This document shows, piece by piece, positions 9,843 to 20,400 of a DNA stretch of 64,000 nucleotides (positions within the stretch are counted from its first letter, which is position 1; the number at the start of each line of letters is the position of its first letter). This DNA is from Candidatus Poribacteria bacterium (GTDB lineage Bacteria > Poribacteria > WGA-4E > WGA-3G), in the NCBI GenBank assembly GCA_965205065.1, contig CBDBFT010000001.1:1817782-1881781 (forward strand), given 5' to 3'. Position numbers and translations under genes: made by a program. The notes below the pieces were generated by a model. That model was not told where the DNA came from and searched no databases. It worked only from the letters and a program-made list of their open reading frames with translations.

Positions 9843-12800
9843 ATGGACTCTGTAGTGCAGCATATAGACGCAATTCATATCAGTGATCTTCAACCCGGTA
9901 CGACTCTGATAGACAAATACCAAAATACAGAACGCGTAATCCGTCAAGTACAGAAATTCAATACATCCGTGCGACTCTATTTTGAGAATGATATTGAACC
10001 GTTTACCTATTCTTTTGAAGAATTCCGATCGCGGTTTGAAATTGTCTCAGATGCTTTCCAAGCGGATGCGAATTTGGTGAGGTTGGTTGCTGAGGCACAT
10101 CGGTTGCGTCATGCTTATCTGTTCAATCCAATCTTTGCAACGGAAACATCGCTAATTGATCCGTTACCACATCAATTTATTGCTGTCTATGATCATTTAC
10201 TGAAACATTTCCCACTGCGTTTTCTCTTAGCTGACGATGCTGGTGCTGGTAAAACGATTATGACAGGACTCTACATCCAAGAGTTGTTATTGCGGCAACA
10301 GGTAGAACGCGTACTGATTGTACCACCAGCGGGTCTGATTGGTAACTGGGAACGTGAATTACGGGTATGTTTCCGACTCCAATTCTCTATACTGACAAGT
10401 GCTGATGCTGCACACACAAACCCTTTTGTTGATAGGCAAAATCGTTTAGCCATTGTAAGTCTTGATACATTACGACAGGAACGAATGCAGGAATGTCTTT
10501 TTGAAGCACAATCTTACGATCTGATTGTTTTTGATGAGGCACACAAATTATCTGCGAATTATGAGTCGGATGGAACGGTTAGGAAATCAAAACGGTACGA
10601 ACTTGCCGAAAAAATTGCTGCACAGGAAAAGAATTTACTACTGCTGACAGCAACGCCTCACATGGGTAAAGATGATGCCTACTATTTCTTGTGGCGACTA
10701 CTCTTGCCTGAACACCTTGCTGCACAAAAAGCCTTTAGTCGGATGTCTGAGAGTGAGAAGTCAAATCACTTACTCCGACGTATGAAGGAGGAGATGGTTA
10801 ACTTTGAAGGACAACCTATTTACCCGCCACGATATAGTCGGACTATTGCTTATCCGTTGAAGCAGGGAGAAATTAGTGAACAATCCTTATACGATGCTGT
10901 TACAGAGTATTGTGAAACCTATTTCGATCTCGCTGGACAATACAACCGGATGGCGGCAAAAATGGCAATGATGGTACTACAAAGACGACTTGCCAGTTCG
11001 ACGTCTGCACTATTGCAGAGTCTTATCAGACGTGAGGAAAAACTTCAAACCACCCTTCGTGAACTGCATGATGGCAGGTTGTCAGAAGATGGATTAGAAA
11101 GAGCACAAGCGAGTATTTCAGGCATTGACATCAGAGCAGAAAAAACAGGGGATGAGGAAGAGCCCGTTGATGGAAAAGAAGAAGCAGAACAGGTTGACGA
11201 AGATCTTGAGCGTGCAACAGCTGCGCGTTCAATTAACGAGCTTGAAAGTGAAATTTCCCATGTTAAAAAACTCGTTGAACATGCAAGAAAAGTGTTCAAT
11301 CTAAAATCTGAAAGTAAGTTTGAAAAACTGTGGGAGGCGTTAACAGACTATCAAGACGAAAAAGTTTTGATTTTTACCGAGCATCGTGATACGATGAACT
11401 TCGTCATAGAAAGATTAGAGGCTTTAGGTTATACTGACAAAGTTGCTCAAATCCACGGTGGCATGAAATATAGTGAACGGGAAGAACAGGTAGAGTTTTT
11501 TCGCGACCCAGATGGTGCGCGATACCTCGTGGCAACGGATGCTGCTGGCGAAGGTATTAACTTACAATTCTGTTGGCTCATGGTGAACTACGATATTCCT
11601 TGGAACCCCGCTCGACTTGAACAACGAATGGGAAGGATTCACCGTTATAAGCAGAAGCACACAGTGGTTTTGCTAAACCTTGTAGCTCAAGATACCCGTG
11701 AAGGGCGCGTGTTGAAAGTGTTACTGGACAAATTGGAAAAGATGCGCGAAGAATTGGATGATGATAAAGTTTTTGATGTTATTGGACAACAATTTAGCGA
11801 AATTTCTCTGTCTGATCTCATCACAAAAGCCATCATAGAGAATCAAGCGGATGCCTCAATTCAGACCCTTAACAATCAATTGGAAAATATACAAAATCAG
11901 ATTGAAGGGCAGCAAAACTTGGTAACCAATAGCGAAGTGAAACGATTACTTGACAACGTTCAGGAGCAAAGAGAAGCTGCAGAGACGCGTCGTATGCTAC
12001 CCGCTTATGTTAGAGGATTCTTTGAAGATGCAGCACCTTTACTCGGTTATCGTATTGAAGGTGATATAGAGACGACTTTTAAACTAAAACCTTGTCCGGA
12101 CTTTGTAGAAGATGTCTTTGAAAAACATCATGGTCAGCAAGATCATCTAACATTCTCACGGGAACTTGCTCTACCCGCTGAAACCGAGAAACTATCGGCA
12201 ATTTTCGTTCACCCTGGCGAATCAATCTTTGATACAATCCGCACTCAGTTTTTGGAGAAATACAACGCAGAAGGTGACCGTGGTGCAGTCTATTTCGATC
12301 CGCAAACTGATGAATCTTATCTGTTCTATTTGGTCAGAGTACCTATCGTGCGAAAAACTGATGAAACCCGTCAAAACCTTGAAGACATGTTGGTCGGAAT
12401 TAAACGTTTTGCAGATGGACGTTGTGAAGAAACACCAGCCCATCTGTTATTGACGTTAATACCACGAACAACAAAGCAGAGCATTCCTACAACGTTATCC
12501 TCTGAATGGTTTAACTTGACAAATGAAGTTGAACCCGTTAAAACTTTCGTAAGGGATAATTTTGGTGTTCCCAAACTTTCTCATATCCGTGATGGTCTTC
12601 AGTCCGAATTGGAATATAGGAGAATACAGATCCAAATTTCAAGTAACCTGCGAAAATCGGAACTGCTTGAACAAAGACGTAAACTCAAAGATGCCGTTGC
12701 CAGAGGAATACCTGCAGCACAGACAAAATTGAACAACTGTGAACGTGAATATAAAGAACTTGATAAAAAACGTCGGGAAGCAGAAGCGAGACTCGTTGAT

Positions 12801-13259
12801 GAAATAGAAAACATGCAATTAGGACCTGTAAATACCCATGTTCGTGCCTTTGTTACACCACCTCCTGTTGAAGCGGCGCAAACAAAAACACTTCGGGATG
12901 CCGAAACTATTGCGATCAGGACTGCCCTTGAATATGAAATAAATAATGGGGCAGAGGTTAAGGATGTCTCCAATCCAAATCTCAAAAAAGGATTTGATCT
13001 GCAATCCAGATATCCAAACGGTGAGGTGCGATATATAGAAGTTAAAGGTCGGACAGGGGTTACGAACGTTGAATTGACAGCGAATGAATGGCGACAAGCT
13101 GCAAATCACCGTAACCGCTACTGGCTTTATGTGGTTTATAATTGTGACACTGAACCACAAGTATACGGATGTCAAGATCCTTTTGGGAAATTAATTGCGA
13201 AGGCCAGAGGAAGTTTCATTATTAACGCCAGTGAAATTATTAACAATCAAGAATTGTAA
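9843..13259 (+). CDS. SNF2-family helicase with a C-terminal DUF3883-like (PD-(D/E)xK-type) nuclease domain
   Basis: Motif I LLADDAGAGKT, motif II FDEAHKL (DEAH), motif III LLLTATP, motif VI QRMGRIHRYKQ. The C-terminal ~150 aa (GEVRYIEVKGRTGVTNVELTANEWRQAANHRNRYWLYVVYNC) resemble DUF3883 / restriction-endonuclease-like cores. Confidence 0.85.
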   Translation: MDSVVQHIDAIHISDLQPGTTLIDKYQNTERVIRQVQKFNTSVRLYFENDIEPFTYSFEEFRSRFEIVSDAFQADANLVRLVAEAHRLRHAYLFNPIFATETSLIDPLPHQFIAVYDHLLKHFPLRFLLADDAGAGKTIMTGLYIQELLLRQQVERVLIVPPAGLIGNWERELRVCFRLQFSILTSADAAHTNPFVDRQNRLAIVSLDTLRQERMQECLFEAQSYDLIVFDEAHKLSANYESDGTVRKSKRYELAEKIAAQEKNLLLLTATPHMGKDDAYYFLWRLLLPEHLAAQKAFSRMSESEKSNHLLRRMKEEMVNFEGQPIYPPRYSRTIAYPLKQGEISEQSLYDAVTEYCETYFDLAGQYNRMAAKMAMMVLQRRLASSTSALLQSLIRREEKLQTTLRELHDGRLSEDGLERAQASISGIDIRAEKTGDEEEPVDGKEEAEQVDEDLERATAARSINELESEISHVKKLVEHARKVFNLKSESKFEKLWEALTDYQDEKVLIFTEHRDTMNFVIERLEALGYTDKVAQIHGGMKYSEREEQVEFFRDPDGARYLVATDAAGEGINLQFCWLMVNYDIPWNPARLEQRMGRIHRYKQKHTVVLLNLVAQDTREGRVLKVLLDKLEKMREELDDDKVFDVIGQQFSEISLSDLITKAIIENQADASIQTLNNQLENIQNQIEGQQNLVTNSEVKRLLDNVQEQREAAETRRMLPAYVRGFFEDAAPLLGYRIEGDIETTFKLKPCPDFVEDVFEKHHGQQDHLTFSRELALPAETEKLSAIFVHPGESIFDTIRTQFLEKYNAEGDRGAVYFDPQTDESYLFYLVRVPIVRKTDETRQNLEDMLVGIKRFADGRCEETPAHLLLTLIPRTTKQSIPTTLSSEWFNLTNEVEPVKTFVRDNFGVPKLSHIRDGLQSELEYRRIQIQISSNLRKSELLEQRRKLKDAVARGIPAAQTKLNNCEREYKELDKKRREAEARLVDEIENMQLGPVNTHVRAFVTPPPVEAAQTKTLRDAETIAIRTALEYEINNGAEVKDVSNPNLKKGFDLQSRYPNGEVRYIEVKGRTGVTNVELTANEWRQAANHRNRYWLYVVYNCDTEPQVYGCQDPFGKLIAKARGSFIINASEIINNQEL

Positions 13260-13339
13260 GAGTGCTCTATTCTTTCAATTTACCTAACTATATGGAAACG
13301 TCTTAGTCTGCTATAGAATCAGAAGATAACAAAAACAAT

Positions 13340-14410
13340 ATGAGATTACGAAAAGGGAAAACTAAAAATATACTTGAAGGTTCAATTAATGCTGCTTTGT
13401 TAGCAGTTGAAGTCTATAACAAACCTCGTACAACATTCCGCAGCCAAGCATATATTGTTTTAATGATTATCGCGTGGACACGTCTATTCCATGCTTACTT
13501 TAACAAAACCATTGGCGATAAATATTACTACAAAGAAAAAAATGGACGTTATAGAATAATTGATGGGGAGCGAAAAGCCTGGGGACTCAGGGATTGTATT
13601 AAAGAATACGGGGACCTTAGTGAACCTGTAAAAGAAAATCTCAATTTTTTCATCGGTTTAAGGAATAAAATAGAACACCGTAACGTGACAGAAAAAGAGG
13701 TAGATATATTAATTTTTGGAGAATGTCAATCCCTTCTCTATAACTATGAAAATCTCTTAATAGAGATTTTCGGTGAAGAGTATGCATTGAACGAAAACTT
13801 AGCTTTTTCACTTCAGTTTTCGTCTATGCGTACAGACGAACAGAAACAAGCAAACAAAAAGGTCTTATCAGCAGAAGCACAAAAAATAAAAAGTTATATT
13901 GATAATTACCGAACCGCTCTTGTTGATGATGTATACAATACTCAAGAATTTAGTATCAAACTTATCCAGATTCCTAAGGTATCTAATACTAATAGGTACG
14001 ATTTGGCAATAGAGTTTATACGAGAAGATGAGTTTGATCCAGATACACTTGAGAGTATTACTACAATCATTAAAGAAAAGCGTGTATTGGTAGAAGCAAA
14101 AAACGTTGATGGAATCCTTCCGGGTCAAGTCGTAACAGAAGTAAGAGAAAGAATTAATGTTGATTTTGTAATGCATGATCATACATGCCTTCGTACTATA
14201 TTCTCAATTAGACCCCTTGGGAAAGATCCAGAACCTAATAAAACTAATGTTAATTATTGTGTTTACGATCAGACTCATAAAGATTACATTTATCTGAATA
14301 GTTGGGTGGACTTCATTGTGAAACTCTATGAGAAGTACGGTCTAACGAAAGAGATAATTCGCCAAGCATACAATGCAGATGAGAAATGGGATATCAACAA
14401 ATATTCATGA
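13340..14410 (+). CDS. Hypothetical 356-aa protein with a HEPN-like motif (GLRNKIEHR); possibly the DUF3780-position gene of DUF1156/DUF499 systems
   Basis: Clean ATG ORF sitting tightly between the helicase and methyltransferase genes. An R-N-x3-H motif (FFIGLRNKIEHRN) lies in a predicted helical N-terminal half. No other recognisable catalytic motif. Confidence 0.5.
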   Translation: MRLRKGKTKNILEGSINAALLAVEVYNKPRTTFRSQAYIVLMIIAWTRLFHAYFNKTIGDKYYYKEKNGRYRIIDGERKAWGLRDCIKEYGDLSEPVKENLNFFIGLRNKIEHRNVTEKEVDILIFGECQSLLYNYENLLIEIFGEEYALNENLAFSLQFSSMRTDEQKQANKKVLSAEAQKIKSYIDNYRTALVDDVYNTQEFSIKLIQIPKVSNTNRYDLAIEFIREDEFDPDTLESITTIIKEKRVLVEAKNVDGILPGQVVTEVRERINVDFVMHDHTCLRTIFSIRPLGKDPEPNKTNVNYCVYDQTHKDYIYLNSWVDFIVKLYEKYGLTKEIIRQAYNADEKWDINKYS

Positions 14411-14453
14411 AACTCACTATAGGTTCTTAAATCAAAATAAAAAAGGAACATTA

Positions 14454-17387
14454 ATGCCCCGTAGACTCATTGAGGAGGCCTTCCCACTGCAAAAGGTTTC
14501 CGAAGACTCAAAGCATGAAAAGAATGTCCGCCACGGACACATCTCCACGTTACACATCTGGCCGGCGCGGCGACCACTCGCAGCATGTCGAGCTGTAACG
14601 ATAGCAACATTGCTACCAGACCCTGCTGATGCTCCTCCAAAAATCAAGGAAGAGTACACCCGTCTTTCCGGCTCGCCTTTGCCTGAAAAACAACGAGAAT
14701 ATTTGTGTAACGACTTAATTGCTTCGTTGACTCGGTGGGGAGACGAAAATGGACACGGTGATTGGGACAGAATAGATAGTAAAGGACGTTGGTTGAATAA
14801 ACTGCGAATTGTCAGAGAACTGATTAAGTTGGCTTACAATGGACATACACCGAAGGTCTTGGATATGTTTGCGGGTGGTGGTGCAATTCCGCTTGAAGCG
14901 ATGCGCCTCGGTTGTGAAGTCTTCGCAAACGACTATAATCCGGTTGCATGGTTTCTGCTCAAATGTACGCTTGAATATCCGCAGCGTCTCGCCGGAAAAA
15001 CCACACTCCTCCCTGAACTCAATCTTGATGAACGTCCTAATTTGAACAAAGGCAATCTTGCTGACCATGTTCGCTTGTGGGGACAATGGGTTTTGGAAAA
15101 TGCACAGAAGGAACTTGTAGAATATTATCCAGTGATTAATGAAAAACCAACGGTCGCCTATCTCTGGGCAAGAACAATTCCGTGCCAAGATCCACGATGC
15201 GGGGCGACGATTCCATTGCTTAAGACACTATGGTTATGCAAGAAGGCGGAGAAAAACCTTAAGAATACGCCCGAGAATATGGACCGCCCTGACTTCCTCA
15301 GAATCAAGGAAACACGCAACCAAACGAAAATCATCATCAATGCAAGACGTGCCCTCAAGCTCTGTCTAGACTCTGAGACGAAGTGTGTCCGATTTGAAAT
15401 TTTAGCACCAAGAAATGTAGAGGATGTGGGTAAACCCACGATGTTAGATGCAACGGCAACCTGTCCGTTTTGCGATTCACAGCAGCCAAAAGACTATATC
15501 AAACGATGTGGACATGAGGGCAAACTCAAGGCACAGATGACCTCAGTCGTTTATCAAGAAGAATACGGCAAGGAATATCGTCTACCCACACAAGAAGAAA
15601 TCGATAAAGCAGAAATACCAAAAGAAGTATTGGAAGCAGTTGCTAATCAGATTCCAAGCGGGATGCCTCATGAAGTATTGCCAAAAAGTGACACATCGGG
15701 GGCAGGTCGAGCATTTTCAGTACCACTTTATGGTTTCAAAGAATGGTCAGATCTATTCACAAATAGGCAGTTGTTGACATTAATGACATTTGTGAAGTGG
15801 ACACGGACAGTTAGAAAAGAGATTCAGAAGGTTAATTATTCTCAAGAATGGCTGGAGGCAATTGATAAGTATTTAGCAATAAATATTGATAGACTTGCTA
15901 CTTATAGTTCAATGCTTTCGATCTGGGTTGTGATTGGTGAATGTCAAGGTCAAACTTTCAGTCGTTACGCCCTACCTATAACTTGGGATTTCTCTGAAAT
16001 TAATCCATTTTCAGATAGCACGGGCAATTTTTTAGGAGGACTGGACTGGATTCAACGTTTTCTGGAACATGCCTTGAAAATCAAGAACAAATGCGTTCCA
16101 TGGATTAATCAACAATCGAGTCGGGATCTAGAAGGTCAAATTGTTGACACGATTATCACTGATCCTCCCTATTATGACGCAATCCCTTATGCAGATATTT
16201 CCGATTTCTTTTATGTATGGCTCCGTCGATCAATCGGCGACCACTTTCCTAATGTATTCAATGATTCACTTACACCGAAGTTGGACGAGTTAATACAACA
16301 TTCCGGACGCTTCAACAATAACAAAATAGTTGCTAAGGAATTTTACGAGAAAGGCATGGCGGAAAGCTTCCAATCAGCACATGATTTACTATCTAATGGT
16401 GGGCGAATAATGATAGTATTTGCTCATAAAGATCCGGATGCTTGGGAAACATTAGTAACAGCTATGATTCAAGCAGGTCTTGTTGTTACAGCATCTTGGC
16501 CGATTGATACAGAAAGATCTGGTAGGTTAAGATCCCGAGGATCAGCTGCTCTTTCCACCTCGCTTTGGCTCGTCTGTAGAAAACGACACATTAACTCTAA
16601 ACCTGGGCACTATGGTAAAGTCAAGAATGAAATGCAGAAGCGAATTACCGAACGTCTACGTTATTTTTGGGACGTGGGAATCCGAGGTCCTGATTTTGTC
16701 TGGGCAGCAATTGGACCGGCATTGGAAAGTTACTCAAGTTACAAAGAAGTTAGGCGACAGACAGGTGAACCTTTCACGGTAACCGAATTTCTCACAGAGG
16801 TGCGGCGTCTTGTAACTGACTTTGCGTTGGGACAGATTCTTCACGGGGCAAGCACGGAAGCATTGGACGAATGGACCCGCTACTATCTAATGCACAAGGA
16901 CTACTTCGGTACGGAGGATGCACCCGTAGGTGAGTGTATTCTATTGGCACAAGGATATGGAGTCCCGCTTGATGATTTAAGGTCAGCACAAATCGGATTT
17001 CTGAAGAAAGCTCGTTCAGGTAATGCACTCAAATTGCTTGGACATAAAGACCGGACATCAGACCGGGTTGGTTACACGCACACGTCAGGAAGAATCCCGA
17101 TGATAGACATGATCCATCGAATCATGAAACTTTGGGACGAGGGTGAAAGCGCGCAAATCAATGCCTACTTTCACGAGCATGGATTGCAAGAAAACGCGCT
17201 TTTTAAAGCTGTCGTGCAAGCACTCATTGAAACGAATGCTCAAGGTTCCAGTGAAAGATCACTTTTGGAGACACTTATCAATTATCAGCCAGGGGAATTA
17301 GTTAGTACTGTTGCTGGTTCTGGGAAATCGGATGCTGGCGTAGTTCAGCAACAACTTCCACTTGGCAAAATTTCAACAGATTCGTAA
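14454..17387 (+). CDS. DUF1156-family (COG1743) DNA methyltransferase with DPPY motif and zinc ribbon
   Basis: N-terminus MPRRLIEEAFPLQKVSEDSKHEKNVRHGHISTLHIWPARRPLAACRA is the DUF1156 signature. SAM-binding LDMFAGGGAIPLEAMRLGCEVFANDYNPVA. Catalytic TDPPYYDAIPY. Cys cluster CPFCDSQ...CGHEG. The ATG at 14454 has an upstream AAAAGGAA ribosome-binding site; the tool ORF starts at an upstream TTG/ATG inside the previous gene's end. Confidence 0.85.
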   Translation: MPRRLIEEAFPLQKVSEDSKHEKNVRHGHISTLHIWPARRPLAACRAVTIATLLPDPADAPPKIKEEYTRLSGSPLPEKQREYLCNDLIASLTRWGDENGHGDWDRIDSKGRWLNKLRIVRELIKLAYNGHTPKVLDMFAGGGAIPLEAMRLGCEVFANDYNPVAWFLLKCTLEYPQRLAGKTTLLPELNLDERPNLNKGNLADHVRLWGQWVLENAQKELVEYYPVINEKPTVAYLWARTIPCQDPRCGATIPLLKTLWLCKKAEKNLKNTPENMDRPDFLRIKETRNQTKIIINARRALKLCLDSETKCVRFEILAPRNVEDVGKPTMLDATATCPFCDSQQPKDYIKRCGHEGKLKAQMTSVVYQEEYGKEYRLPTQEEIDKAEIPKEVLEAVANQIPSGMPHEVLPKSDTSGAGRAFSVPLYGFKEWSDLFTNRQLLTLMTFVKWTRTVRKEIQKVNYSQEWLEAIDKYLAINIDRLATYSSMLSIWVVIGECQGQTFSRYALPITWDFSEINPFSDSTGNFLGGLDWIQRFLEHALKIKNKCVPWINQQSSRDLEGQIVDTIITDPPYYDAIPYADISDFFYVWLRRSIGDHFPNVFNDSLTPKLDELIQHSGRFNNNKIVAKEFYEKGMAESFQSAHDLLSNGGRIMIVFAHKDPDAWETLVTAMIQAGLVVTASWPIDTERSGRLRSRGSAALSTSLWLVCRKRHINSKPGHYGKVKNEMQKRITERLRYFWDVGIRGPDFVWAAIGPALESYSSYKEVRRQTGEPFTVTEFLTEVRRLVTDFALGQILHGASTEALDEWTRYYLMHKDYFGTEDAPVGECILLAQGYGVPLDDLRSAQIGFLKKARSGNALKLLGHKDRTSDRVGYTHTSGRIPMIDMIHRIMKLWDEGESAQINAYFHEHGLQENALFKAVVQALIETNAQGSSERSLLETLINYQPGELVSTVAGSGKSDAGVVQQQLPLGKISTDS

Positions 17388-17421
17388 GATATCAAGTTAC
17401 GACAATTAGAGGGGCAAGTCC

Positions 17422-20400
17422 ATGGACAAAAATGTATGGTATGAACATTGTAAATTGAGAGATGATGTGCGGAAGGACAAGCTTGAACTCTCAGAATTCG
17501 CAGCAGACCTCTATGCTGTGCGTATGAAGAACGCACCAGAAGTCTATCAATCCCCCAATCTCTTTTTTGACCGAACCTATCCGACCTACAAACTTAAAAC
17601 GTTAGTGCGAGATGTCCTTCGACGTTTAGCTGACGAGGGTGGAACCCCTGTTATTACGGTTCAAGTTGCTTACGGTGGCGGAAAGACCCACGCACTGATT
17701 GCGCTCTTACACTTAGCTGAACAAGGTCATGAATTCCAAACGCATACCACCGTGCGTGAGTTTATGTTGTTTAGTGGTTTAGATGCGGTGCCTAACGCGA
17801 GAGTGGCACTCCTTCCTTTTGATAAATTTGACGTGAAAAACGGACTGTCTGTGATAGGTCCAGGGGGTAAATCACGACAAGTAAAAACGCCGTGGGGAGC
17901 GTTGGCATACCAACTTGCTGGCGATGTAGGATTTGCAATGGTCGCTAAACATGAAGCAGACTATATCAATCCTGCTGAACAGACGCTTGTTGAGCTAATT
18001 AAAGCACCACAGAAGGATAATCTATCCACACTCATTTTACTTGATGAAGCATTGATGTATACGCGCGCGGCTGTGAATGACGATTCAAAGCGTATCGGTA
18101 TCCTTCATGATTTTTTCCAAGCACTAACACAGGCAGTTGATAAGGTTGATAGAGCTGCAATCGTGGCAAGCCTCATCACCTCCAATATTATTGCTAACGA
18201 TCCGACCGGTATTAGCGTACTGGATATGTTGGAAGGGGTATTTCGTCGTTTGGAAGAATCCGTTGAACCCGTTTCCCGATCAGATGTTTCAGAATTGCTC
18301 CGAAGGCGATTGTTTGAATCCATAGCCACAGAAGAAGAGATTCGTGCCATTGTAGATCGCCATATTGCAGCAATGCAGAAACTGCCGTTACGGGCAACTC
18401 AAAAAGATCAGGAAGCCTATGACAGACTCGTTAAATCCTATCCATTTCATCCTGATTTGATTGAGGTATTCTATCAAAAGTGGACACAACTGGATAAGTT
18501 TCAGGGAACTCGCGGCATGTTTCGGACATTTGCACTTCTTCTCAGAGATGGCGAAGGGGAAGACGAAGCTGCGTTTGTTGGGCCGAGCGCACTGTTGGGA
18601 TCTGATGACGAACTTTCGGATGCTATTCAAGAACTTATTAAAGCATGTGAAGAAGGCACCACAAAATGGACACCAATTTTAACAGGAGAACTTGATAAAG
18701 CTCGCGATATCCAAAGTACTATGCCTTTACTTAAATCTCGGGAGGCGGAAACAGCGGTATTATCCACATTTTTACATTCACAACCAATGGGGCAGAAAGC
18801 CGAATTGGCTGACCTTTACCTGCTGCTTGCCCATGCCGACATTGATGCAATGTCAGTAGAAAAAGGGATTTCCGAATGGCGCAAAGTTTCTTGGTTTCTC
18901 AAAGAAAACGATAATAGTTGGGCACTGGGAACAAATCCAAATTTAACAAGAATGCATGATCGTGCAATGGGAAGACTTACTGAAGAGCAAATAAACGAAA
19001 ATCTAACGAAAAGGATAAGAGATGCCTACCTTGGTCGAAACTCAGATAAAGTAGATTTTCACAATCTGCCCCAGTCACCTGCGGATATTTCAGACAACAC
19101 CGATCTTCACTTTGTGATTGCTGGTCCTGAATTGACAGCAGTCCCAGGTGAAGAGGTTTCCAAGAATTTAGCAGCGTTTTTTGATAGAACCTACAGTAAC
19201 AACGTCATCGTCCTTGCACCTGAAAACTCACTATTGGCAGGATTGCGGCAACGGATTCGTAGGATTCTTGGATGGGAGAATATTGAAAGCGGCGACGATA
19301 TGGATATGCTGAATAAGAATGAACCTTTGATAGAATTGCTAAAGCAGCGCAAAGAAGAGGATGGATCCGGTATTACAGAATCTGTCATATCCGCTTATAG
19401 TGTGCTGATAGCTTTAGACGAAGATGGGGAAATCAAAGCACATGCATTGTCGCCAGGGGCGGAATTACCTTTTGAGCGGGTGAAAGAATTTTTGGTAAAA
19501 CAGGATAGATTACTGACAACTTCACTGGATCCGTATTTACTCACACCAGAAAGTTATTTTGAGTTGTGGGGAGAAGATGATACTGCTAAACCAGTTCAAG
19601 AGTTGTATGGTATGTTTGCCAATCTATCCCGACTTTCTCGGATGTTGAATAGACAAGTATTTGTTGACACTCTTCAGCGCGGCGTTACGGACGGTAAGAT
19701 TGTGCTACGTACTGTGCGTGGAGATGGATCTCATCAGACTTTCTGGCGTGAAGTACCTACTGATGAGAATTTTAAGGAAAAATCGTTAGAAATTGTTCCA
19801 CTTGAACATGCTGAACTGCATAATCTGAGTCCTGAGTTATTGCTTTCTGATAAATTACCTGAAGTCTGGCAAGGAGAAAACGGCACAACGACGGTAGGAA
19901 CAATTCGGGAATTCTTTGAAGGAAATATAGCACCTAAACTGGCATCTGACGACATTCTGTTTGATGCAATTAAGTCTGCAGTTCAGAACGGTTTGTTGAT
20001 GGCACGGCTCAAAGACAAGGCATATCTTAAAGAGAACATACCTGACATTGAAATTAATGACGATTTGGAATTACTCGCTCCGTTAAAATCAATTAGCGGA
20101 TCGGAGATTGGTCATAAAACCTTGTCTGATGCATGGGAAAACGAAACTACATCCATTTCCAAAATTATGGACGCATTGGCAGTGAGCAAAGGCACACCGA
20201 TTCCGTGGTCTTTGATTCATGCTGCAGTCAATGATGGTTTATCAAAAAACTTGTTTGAATTTACTGAAGATAGTCCTATATGGCCTTGTAGTGTAAACGA
20301 AGCAGATAAAGTCGGTTTGAAGGTTTCAAAAGCCCCTGTGAAGATAGCTCCGAAGGATCTTATTGGAAATGATGCTGAAGATGCTTGGGAATCTGGACAA

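Noticed and set aside
14373-14453. Upstream extension of the DUF1156 ORF (MQMRNGISTNIHETHYRFLNQNKKGTL) overlapping the previous gene
   Set aside because: The conserved DUF1156 N-terminus begins at MPRRLIEEAFPL (14454), which has its own AAAAGGAA ribosome-binding site, so the extension is probably not translated.
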